Positions 1-6,759 of a stretch of DNA of 15,825 nt are shown in pieces. Each line of letters opens with the position of its first letter. The first letter of the stretch is position 1. The stretch is from the IMG/VR virus record IMGVR_UViG_2778261180_000007; one strand, written 5' to 3'. The notes under the pieces are model-generated. The model made no database searches. It saw only the letters and a list, made by a program, of their open reading frames with translations, and was not told where the DNA came from. The translations under genes were made by a program, and so were the position numbers. Origin of the DNA: a virus (Duplodnaviria; Heunggongvirae; Uroviricota; Caudoviricetes).

Positions 1-483
1 ATGACGAAGAAAAAAGCACATAAACCTGGTTCAGCGACCATCGCGCTTAACAAGCGCGCCCGTCACGAATACTTTATCGAAGAAGAGTTCGAAGCGGGAC
101 TTGCCCTGCAAGGCTGGGAGGTTAAATCCCTGCGCGCAGGAAAAGCCAATATCAGCGACAGCTACGTCCTTCTGCGTGACGGAGAGGCATTTCTGTTTGG
201 CGCTAACATCACGCCAATGGCCGTGGCCTCCACGCATGTGGTGTGCGATCCTACCCGTACCCGCAAGTTACTTCTCAACCAGCGCGAACTGGACTCATTG
301 TACGGTCGCGTCAATCGAGAAGGCTATACCGTAGTGGCGCTCTCCCTGTACTGGAAAAATGCCTGGTGCAAAGTGAAAATCGGCGTCGCCAAAGGTAAAA
401 AACAGCACGATAAACGTTCAGATATCAAAGAACGCGAATGGCAGGTGGATAAAGCACGTATCATGAAAAACGCCCACCGTTAA
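1..483 (+). CDS. smpB: SsrA-binding protein SmpB
   Basis: 160-aa ORF starting at the ATG at base 1. The translation ([25 protein letters not shown]...) is recognisable as SmpB, and it sits directly upstream of the tmRNA gene as in enterobacteria. Confidence 0.95.
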
Positions 484-646
484 ACCTGCACTCCAATTAT
501 TGACCAGTTCCTCACCGCGCCTCCCTCTCCGGCGGCGCGAATGAACATCTTATTGGCTATCACATCCGACACAAATGTTGCCATCCCATTGCTTAATCGA
601 ATAAAAATCAGGCTACATGGGTGCTAAATCTTTAACGATAACGCCA

Positions 647-690
647 TTGAGGCTGGTCATGGTGCTCATAAATCTGGTATACTTACCTTT
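647..690 (+). promoter_or_regulatory. candidate ssrA promoter
   Basis: Extended -10-like TGgTATACT at 675-683 lies about 15 nt upstream of the mature tmRNA 5' end, consistent with a short 5' leader removed by processing. A TTGAGG hexamer at 647-652 is too far away to be a standard -35. Assigned by eye only. Confidence 0.35.
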
Positions 691-697
691 ACACATT

Positions 698-1060
698 GGG
701 GCTGATTCTGGATTCGACGGGATTTGCGAAACCCAAGGTGCATGCCGAGGGGCGGTTGGCCTCGTAAAAAGCCGCAAAAAATAGTCGCAAACGACGAAAA
801 CTACGCTTTAGCAGCTTAATAACCTGCTTAGAGCCCTCTCTCCCTAGCCTCCGCTCTTAGGACGGGGATCAAGAGAGGTCAAACCCAAAAGAGATCGCGT
901 GGAAGCCCTGCCTGGGGTTGAAGCGTTAAAACTTAATCAGGCTAGTTTGTTAGTGGCGTGTCCGTCCGCAGCTGGCAAGCGAATGTAAAGACTGACTAAG
1001 CATGTAGTACCGAGGATGTAGGAATTTCGGACGCGGGTTCAACTCCCGCCAGCTCCACCA
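698..1060 (+). ncRNA. ssrA: tmRNA (transfer-messenger RNA, SsrA), 363 nt
   Basis: Starts GGGGCTGATTCTGGATTCGACGGG and ends GGTTCAACTCCCGCCAGCTCCACCA (tRNA-like acceptor/T-arm with CCA). Internal tag reading frame GCA AAC GAC GAA AAC TAC GCT TTA GCA GCT TAA at 787-819 encodes (A)ANDENYALAA. Confidence 0.95.
1038..1060. other. attL core: last 23 nt of ssrA (TTCAACTCCCGCCAGCTCCACCA)
   Basis: A P4-type integrase gene follows ssrA directly, and an imperfect copy of this segment recurs at 12922-12943 at the far end of the P4-like gene set. Confidence 0.4.
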
Positions 1061-1093
1061 CTTGCTCTTCCGGATACGTCCGGAGAAATCCTG

Positions 1094-1128
1094 AAAGCCC
1101 GCATGGCACAAGCTCTGCGGGCTTTTTT
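1094..1128 (+). terminator. intrinsic terminator downstream of ssrA
   Basis: GC-rich hairpin AAAGCCCGCA...TGCGGGCTT followed by TTTTTT (1122-1128). Confidence 0.5.
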
Positions 1129-1172
1129 GTGTCTACCGTTGTCCGAGGATATCCAGCTAAATCCAGTGATTA

Positions 1173-1224
1173 TTGGTATACGTTTAGGTATACGGTAGGA
1201 TGTATACCTAAACGCGTATACCAA
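1173..1224. repeat. inverted pair of a 21-bp motif (TTGGTATACGnTTAGGTATAC) upstream of int; candidate integrase arm-type or operator sites
   Basis: TTGGTATACGTTTAGGTATAC at 1173-1193 and its near-perfect reverse complement GTATACCTAAACGCGTATACCAA at 1202-1224. A third copy, TTGGTATACGATTAGGTATAC, lies at 12848-12868 next to the attR-like site. Confidence 0.5.
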
Positions 1225-1244
1225 TTCATGAAGGAACGGCTAAA

Positions 1245-2444
1245 GTGGCAAGAACGACACGCCCCCTGACCAACACAGAAGTTCTGCGCGCTAAAGCGTT
1301 AGAAAAGGATCTAACGTTGCATGATGGCGATGGTCTTTTTCTGCTCGTTAAAACGAACGGTAAGAAGTTATGGCGTTTCCGTTATCAACGTCCAACAACA
1401 AAGCAGCGAACAATGATGGGGCTAGGTGCATTTCCCGCCCTCTCACTTGCTGACGCCCGGCGGTTAAGAGCGGATTACCTTTCCTTGCTAGCCAACGGAA
1501 TTGACCCGCAAATTCAAGCTGAGATTGTAGAGGAACAGCAACAAATTGCACTGGACAGTATTTTTTCAACAGTCGCCGCTAACTGGTTCCAGCTTAAAAG
1601 CAAAAGCGTTACCCCTGATTACGCGAAAGACATTTGGCGTTCACTAGAAAAAGATGTATTCCCTGCCATCGGTGAGATTCCAGTTCAGCAAATCAAAGCC
1701 CGAATGCTTGTTGAAGCCCTAGAGCCAATCAAAGCACGTGGGGCGCTAGAGACGGTACGTCGTCTGGTGCAGCGCATTAATGAGATAATGATTTATGCCG
1801 TAAACACAGGTCTGATTGATGCCAATCCAGCATCAGGTATTGGGATGGCCTTTGAGAAACCTAAAAAGCAAAACATGCTTACTCTCCGGCCAGAAGAATT
1901 ACCGAAGCTGATGCGTTCTTTAATTATGTCTAATCTATCCGTTCCGACACGTTGTCTTATTGAGTGGCAACTACTGACCCTTGTGCGCCCTTCTGAAGCC
2001 TCCGGTACAAGGTGGGCAGAGATCGATCTCGCAGCAAAGGTCTGGACGATTCCACCCGAACGGATGAAGGCCAAGCGTGAGCACATTGTTCCTCTATCTT
2101 CTCAGGCATTAGAAATTCTGGAAGTAATGAAACCAATCAGTGCTCATCGTGAACATGTTTTTCCCAGTAGAAATGACCCGAAACAGTCAATGAATAGCCA
2201 AACTGCTAATGCAGCACTCAAACGCATTGGTTATGGTGGGAAATTAGTTGCTCATGGGTTACGATCCATCGCAAGTACTGCACTCAATGAAGCCGGATTT
2301 AATCCTGATGTAATTGAAGCAGCTCTAGCACATAGTGATAAAAATGAAGTACGAAGAGCTTATAACCGCTCAACGTACCTTAATAAAAGAATAGAACTTA
2401 TGGCATGGTGGGGAAGGTTTGTTTATAAAACAAACCTTTTATAA
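1245..2444 (+). CDS. int: P4-family tyrosine integrase (site-specific recombinase)
   Basis: 399-aa ORF with a GTG start preceded by AAGGA. N-terminal arm-binding-like region (LHDGDGLFLLVKTNGKKLWRFRYQRP) and C-terminal catalytic signature (AHGLRS ... AHSDKNEVRRAYNRSTY) typical of P4-like integrases. Position directly 3' of a tmRNA gene. Confidence 0.9.
   Translation: MARTTRPLTNTEVLRAKALEKDLTLHDGDGLFLLVKTNGKKLWRFRYQRPTTKQRTMMGLGAFPALSLADARRLRADYLSLLANGIDPQIQAEIVEEQQQIALDSIFSTVAANWFQLKSKSVTPDYAKDIWRSLEKDVFPAIGEIPVQQIKARMLVEALEPIKARGALETVRRLVQRINEIMIYAVNTGLIDANPASGIGMAFEKPKKQNMLTLRPEELPKLMRSLIMSNLSVPTRCLIEWQLLTLVRPSEASGTRWAEIDLAAKVWTIPPERMKAKREHIVPLSSQALEILEVMKPISAHREHVFPSRNDPKQSMNSQTANAALKRIGYGGKLVAHGLRSIASTALNEAGFNPDVIEAALAHSDKNEVRRAYNRSTYLNKRIELMAWWGRFVYKTNLL
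2414..2444 (+). terminator. possible terminator hairpin inside the 3' end of int
   Basis: AAGGTTTG (2414-2421) pairs with CAAACCTT (2431-2438) and is followed by TTTTATAA. The int stop (2442-2444) directly abuts the stop of the convergent ATPase gene (2445-2447). Confidence 0.3.
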
Positions 2445-4142
2445 CTATACTTTAAAGAACTTATTTGTCGAAGATAACTCAAGGATCGAGTTACTCATCA
2501 TCATTTTCATGTCCGCATCTTCTGAAAACTTATCACTTAATATTGACACAATATATTGACCATTTATATTATTTGCTTCAAAAAATATATCTCTAATTTG
2601 ATTCACATCGACATCTTCAATGCTATCATGAATAACAAAAGTAGGTCTCTTTAATTTAATCTTATCCACAAACTTAATATAAGCCAAATCAAATGCAGTT
2701 ATTTCACCTTTCTTCTTGCCGCCATTACTGTTTGGTGTAACGCATGATATATCAAAATTACACTTACCTTTATCAACATCAAAGGAAAGATCAAAAATGT
2801 ATCTTTCCCCATATATTTCCTTTGTAAGATCACCAAAAAACTCATTGAAAATCTCGATGTTTTTTTCCAGACCTTGAACTGCTAACTCTATTTCTAAAAG
2901 TAATTTCTCTCGACTATCTTCAAGAGATTTTATAAGGGCATTTGTATCATTAATACGCGAAAGATTAGACTCTATGCTAGCAAGATTTTCACGTAATTCA
3001 GTAAGCTTATTAAATAATTGATTTATAGACTTTAATGTTTCAGGTTCTTTGATTGTTCTAAATAGGGATGATTCTTGTTCATGAAGATCATTGATTTTTT
3101 TATTTACAGTTTCTATTTCTTCTTTTTTCTTTAACAATTCAGATTCTAAAAAACTGATTTTATTCTTAATAATATCATTATGGAACAATACCATTTCTTC
3201 GTAAGTCCTTTTAAGTTCCCCATTAAAATAAATCCCCGCAGAATTATATATTTCCATTAAATCATTTTCTACAAGTTGTGTGATATTATTCTTCAAGGAC
3301 AAGATCGATTCTTCGATATTTCTTACTCGCATATTTAAGGAGGCATAGCTCAAAGAATAATCACTGATATTCTTCTGTATTTCTGAAAGCTTTTTTAAGC
3401 TTTCATCATGACTATCTTTAAAATCGAAGTTCTTAATATTTCTTTCCGCCTCTGCAATTTCTTTCTTCAGAGGCTTAATCATTTTTGCTAAAACAGTCTC
3501 TCTATTTGGATTCCTGTATGCGGCAAGATATGTCTTTTGTTTTTTTATCTCTTTGTTAAAATCACCTTTTTTCTTTATCAGAGGTAACCCATTGAACCCA
3601 AATAAAAACAAGTATAATAGATCATAGACATCAGGAGTCGTATTCCCATGTAAGAAATTAAGCGTTTTCTGCATTTTATCATTCGTGTTTCTAATAAATT
3701 TATGCGAAACATTCCTCAGTGATGGCTTATCTGTAGTTAACCCAAACACTGCTTGAGCTATAAATTCAGAATATTGTTTCTTATCTACTTCAACATCATT
3801 TAAAAAATATTTTGAATTTTTATCATCAATAGATATTATACGTGAAACAACTGCCTTTTTATTTTCTACCGTATTGAAATCCAATGAAAATTTCAAAACA
3901 TTATTATTAATTAACGATACAATTTCAGGTATATCTTTTCCAAACTCTGCATCATGATAAATATCATGACCTGATGACATAAATAAATAATCTAAAACAC
4001 GCGATAATGTGGATTTACCTACACTATTGCCGCTATCTTTGCCTGATGTTCTTTTATTTACAATTAGATTCAGACCGTCTTTAAACGTCACCTCTCTTAC
4101 AAGAGAGTCATTTTTTAAAATAATAAGTTTATTGAGCCTCAT
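2445..4142 (-). CDS. ABC-type (SMC/RecF-like) ATPase with long central coiled-coil; candidate defence-system ATPase
   Basis: 565-aa ORF. N-terminal strand-plus-P-loop layout (LNLIVNKRTSGKDSGNSVGKSTL, Walker A lysine K43). About 300 aa of heptad-like K/E/L/N-rich sequence. C-terminal signature-like SNGGKKKG followed by Walker-B-like TFVIHDSIEDVD. Start overlaps the upstream gene by 14 nt; GGTGGA lies upstream of the ATG. Confidence 0.75.
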   Translation of the reverse strand: MRLNKLIILKNDSLVREVTFKDGLNLIVNKRTSGKDSGNSVGKSTLSRVLDYLFMSSGHDIYHDAEFGKDIPEIVSLINNNVLKFSLDFNTVENKKAVVSRIISIDDKNSKYFLNDVEVDKKQYSEFIAQAVFGLTTDKPSLRNVSHKFIRNTNDKMQKTLNFLHGNTTPDVYDLLYLFLFGFNGLPLIKKKGDFNKEIKKQKTYLAAYRNPNRETVLAKMIKPLKKEIAEAERNIKNFDFKDSHDESLKKLSEIQKNISDYSLSYASLNMRVRNIEESILSLKNNITQLVENDLMEIYNSAGIYFNGELKRTYEEMVLFHNDIIKNKISFLESELLKKKEEIETVNKKINDLHEQESSLFRTIKEPETLKSINQLFNKLTELRENLASIESNLSRINDTNALIKSLEDSREKLLLEIELAVQGLEKNIEIFNEFFGDLTKEIYGERYIFDLSFDVDKGKCNFDISCVTPNSNGGKKKGEITAFDLAYIKFVDKIKLKRPTFVIHDSIEDVDVNQIRDIFFEANNINGQYIVSILSDKFSEDADMKMMMSNSILELSSTNKFFKV

Positions 4143-4362
4143 ATACTATTCCACCATTTCCATCTAACTCAATTGCGCCGATTATGAAAAGCCAATCTAA
4201 TGAGTAAAGAAAAAGATCAAACGATAACTCGAAGATAGAATTTACTAAATCATACAATCGAGATATTTCAATGACCATTGAATCATTACTTTGAAAGATC
4301 CCAAGCACTACACTTCCAATATATACAGGATTTGCTTTTGGATCCGTATCAATTGTAATCAT
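4129..4362 (-). CDS. hypothetical small protein (77 aa) with hydrophobic C-terminal half; operon member
   Basis: ORF preceded by GGAG with 8-nt spacing. Overlaps both neighbours by 14 nt, indicating coupled translation. Hydrophobic segment FDLFLYSLDWLFIIGAIEL. No family recognised. Confidence 0.5.
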   Translation of the reverse strand: MITIDTDPKANPVYIGSVVLGIFQSNDSMVIEISRLYDLVNSIFELSFDLFLYSLDWLFIIGAIELDGNGGIVYEAQ

Positions 4363-4897
4363 TTGGATTCTCCAGCACTATACATTCGATAATAGCATAG
4401 CTAACAATCATACGAATGCCATAATCAATATCTTCCTGTAAAAACTCTGAATCTAAATTAGAACACGAACTAACTGTTTCTTGAGCAGCTCTAATAACAT
4501 CATCTATAATATTATCCGAGTTTTTCCTTATGAGTTCAATGTTAAATGGTTTCTCATAAAGACCATATAATCCCAATGCAGTATTATAATAACCTCTAAA
4601 CTGTCTTTTCAATTTGACACTACCATTTAAAATTATAGCATCAAGTGTTTTTATGGATTCATCAACTAGCAGAGCATCTTCTTTATAAAGTTCAGCTACC
4701 CATCTGTTTCTTTTAAGATCATTGAATTCTATTTTAACATCAATATTTGATGCTATTCTGTTTAAGTTTTGCTCGCTACCAACTGAATTAGAAATAATTT
4801 CAATTAACTTACCAATAACACTGGCTCTTAACATTCTTGGCTGGTTGTTTATATGCACAGGACCAGTATTATTATTGAAATTAACACCAGAACCCAT
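4349..4897 (-). CDS. hypothetical protein (182 aa); operon member
   Basis: ORF preceded by GGGGG. Starts 3 nt after the stop of the upstream small gene. N-terminus carries an NNNTGPVHINN motif that repeats the C-terminus of the upstream protein. No catalytic motif recognised. Confidence 0.65.
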   Translation of the reverse strand: MGSGVNFNNNTGPVHINNQPRMLRASVIGKLIEIISNSVGSEQNLNRIASNIDVKIEFNDLKRNRWVAELYKEDALLVDESIKTLDAIILNGSVKLKRQFRGYYNTALGLYGLYEKPFNIELIRKNSDNIIDDVIRAAQETVSSCSNLDSEFLQEDIDYGIRMIVSYAIIECIVLENPNDYN

Positions 4898-4899
4898 AA

Positions 4900-5172
4900 T
4901 TACCCCCGATTATCAATATTCACAGGACCATTATTATCTTGAAAATATTGAGAACGCGCTCCTTGATTAATGAAGTTTCTATTAGTTGTAATTTTTACAA
5001 TCTGGGAATTAAGATCATTTATTGTAATGTTAAGTTGTTTTATCTCATTATCTTTCTTGGTTACTTGCATAGTCTGATATATTGCTATACATCCAGAGAT
5101 CACCCCAACAATATATCCAAAGGCACTTACATATTCGTTAGCAAGTAGTGATGCAATCATTTGGAGCTCCAT
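4900..5172 (-). CDS. small membrane-anchored protein (90 aa; 86 aa from the alternative ATG at 5160); first gene of the operon
   Basis: Predicted N-terminal transmembrane helix (IASLLANEYVSAFGYIVGVISGCIAIY) followed by a charged helical stretch. The second in-frame ATG at 5160 has a better-placed GGAG. C-terminus NNGPVNIDNRG. Confidence 0.55.
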   Translation of the reverse strand: MELQMIASLLANEYVSAFGYIVGVISGCIAIYQTMQVTKKDNEIKQLNITINDLNSQIVKITTNRNFINQGARSQYFQDNNGPVNIDNRG

Positions 5173-5429
5173 TTCAAGCTGAAAGATTTAAAGTCACAAC
5201 AATCTCATCCTATTAGGGTAGCTAGGATAGCAACTCATGAAGAGTAAATAAATAGGTATTAATCATTATCGTTTACATGATCTAATTCAACATAGATCCA
5301 CTCATGGCCTCTATACTTTCTCATAAACACAGTGTTTAGCTATGTGGGCTTAAGAGGTCTAAATTGATGTACTTACTTTATCAATTGATATAACCCCAAA
5401 TTATAATCGTTTCATATCATTGACGCGCA

Positions 5430-5448
5430 GTGCTTTCCCCGCCTCGCC
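5430..5448 (-). other. cos site: 19-nt cohesive-end sequence GGCGAGGCGGGGAAAGCAC (minus-strand reading)
   Basis: Plus-strand GTGCTTTCCCCGCCTCGCC is the exact reverse complement of the cohesive-end sequence I recall for P2 and P4. It lies between psu and the cargo operon, where cos sits in an integrated P4. Confidence 0.75.
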
Positions 5449-5548
5449 CGCCCGCTTTGCGGGGCGGTTTTAATGCAGTTGCACTGACACGCTCAGACCG
5501 CGCCGGGAATGGCGCGGTCTGCAGAAAATGAGGCAGGGAAACGCATGC

Positions 5549-5582
5549 AAAGCCATGCACCTTATCGATGCATGGCTTTTTT
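5549..5582 (+). terminator. hairpin plus T-tract between cos and the psu 3' end
   Basis: AAAGCCATGCA (5549-5559), loop CCTTATCGA, TGCATGGCTTT (5569-5579), then a T run. May stop read-through into or out of the late operon; orientation of function uncertain. Confidence 0.35.
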
Positions 5583-5612
5583 CAGTAAAAACGGGCGGAT
5601 TTTCGGGGAATT

Positions 5613-6185
5613 TTACACAGACTGACGTGATGCCAGTTGCGCACTTTTACGCGAAAAAATCATGTTCTGCGCAGGGGTGAATTTTTCACGGCTGTCATCC
5701 ACCGAAGCCGCGTCAGGTCTGAATCCAATGGCCGTTAAAATGTCGCTATCCTGTGCGGAATAATTAATTTTTTCACCCTTCGCAAGCCAGGACAGGAGGG
5801 CTTCACGCAGGGCATCTGTGGCACGCTGTATGGCACAGTTTCGGGCAATGGCCGTCAGCTCACTGTAGCCCATCAGCTCCGGTGCCAGTGCCGCCGCCAG
5901 TGCTGTGCCGTGCTGCTGCATAAAATCATTCAGCCGGTCGCGGATGCTGATGTGCTGAACGGCTTCATGCGAACGAATATAACGACCGGCGGCCTGATTC
6001 ACCTGCCATTTTCTGACTTCGATAATATTGCGTAATTCGTCCAGGCGACTGACGTTTCTGCCTTCTCCTGACAGAAGCCGCAGATATTCCTGTTCGGCCG
6101 CAGCCAGCTCATTTTTGCGTTGCAGCCATGCTGCTTTGTTATTCTGACAGGTGTCAAAGGCCTGCTGTAAGGCTGTGCTTTCCAT
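5613..6185 (-). CDS. psu: Psu (polarity suppression / capsid decoration protein), P4-like
   Basis: 190-aa ORF, the size of P4 Psu, last gene of the sid-delta-psu array next to cos. Sequence MESTALQQAFDTCQNN... recognised as Psu-like. Confidence 0.85.
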   Translation of the reverse strand: MESTALQQAFDTCQNNKAAWLQRKNELAAAEQEYLRLLSGEGRNVSRLDELRNIIEVRKWQVNQAAGRYIRSHEAVQHISIRDRLNDFMQQHGTALAAALAPELMGYSELTAIARNCAIQRATDALREALLSWLAKGEKINYSAQDSDILTAIGFRPDAASVDDSREKFTPAQNMIFSRKSAQLASRQSV

Positions 6186-6258
6186 CGTTATCTCTTTCTC
6201 ATCATGCTGAAGAATAAAAATACGGTGTGCGGCGACGGCCGGTGTTAACCGGCAGCCC

Positions 6259-6759
6259 TCATTCCAGACGCAGCGAATATGATTGTGTTTTTAACCGTAC
6301 TGGCGGCAGTTCCTGTTTTTCATGCAGGCTTTCTGCAAGCTCGTCCGGCGTGACCGGGCGGACAATGAAGCGGTTGATGGTCTGAAGCGTTTTAAACACC
6401 AGACCACAGCCCGGATCCGTGCACACATAAAAACGCTCGGTGACTTCCTGAGACAGACGCCGCGATGTTCTTGACAGTGCAAGGCCTTTACATCTCCGAC
6501 AACAATATCCGGTAACAAGCATTCTTTTCGGGCGTTTCATACTGCCGGAGGCTGACGTCAGTGAATCGCGGTATCTCTGTTTGCCTGAAATGTATTCCAT
6601 TCCTGAATCTTTACTGTCAGAGAAAAAGCTTTCACTCGCTTCAAATGTCGCAGAGCAATAAATATTCCGGCACTGTGCAATCATTATCTTGGTGCCATCG
6701 TCCATGAAATGTGCGCGACGGGTGTGAGCAACATGTCCACACGACGGGCAGTAAATCAT
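6259..6759 (-). CDS. delta: Delta, Ogr/Delta-family zinc-finger late-gene activator (tandem Ogr-like repeats)
   Basis: 166-aa ORF with two Ogr-like units, each carrying CPxCGH...C-x-N-x-x-C(S)ATF-type Cys motifs (MIYCPSCGHVAHTRR...QCRNIYCSATF and ...CRRCKG...CTDPGCGLVF). ATGA overlap with the sid stop. Confidence 0.85.
   Translation of the reverse strand: MIYCPSCGHVAHTRRAHFMDDGTKIMIAQCRNIYCSATFEASESFFSDSKDSGMEYISGKQRYRDSLTSASGSMKRPKRMLVTGYCCRRCKGLALSRTSRRLSQEVTERFYVCTDPGCGLVFKTLQTINRFIVRPVTPDELAESLHEKQELPPVRLKTQSYSLRLE

Noticed and set aside
31-334. ORFs 31-237 (-) and 101-334 (+) overlapping smpB
   Set aside because: Fully contained in the well-supported smpB frame; no ribosome-binding site; typical chance ORFs.
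481-560. GC-rich inverted repeat after smpB (CGCGCC...GGCGCG) as an smpB terminator
   Set aside because: Long loop and no following T-tract; not convincing as an intrinsic terminator.
1039-1224. 61-aa minus-strand ORF over the ssrA 3' end, terminator and int upstream repeats
   Set aside because: Overlaps the tmRNA gene and its terminator; region is explained by RNA and regulatory elements.
1348-2086. Minus-strand ORFs 1348-1569 and 1793-2086 inside int
   Set aside because: Antisense to a recognisable integrase; no independent support.
4722-5148. Plus-strand ORFs 4722-4970 and 4939-5148 in the AT-rich operon
   Set aside because: Antisense to the coupled minus-strand operon; low-complexity hydrophobic translations typical of AT-rich antisense frames.
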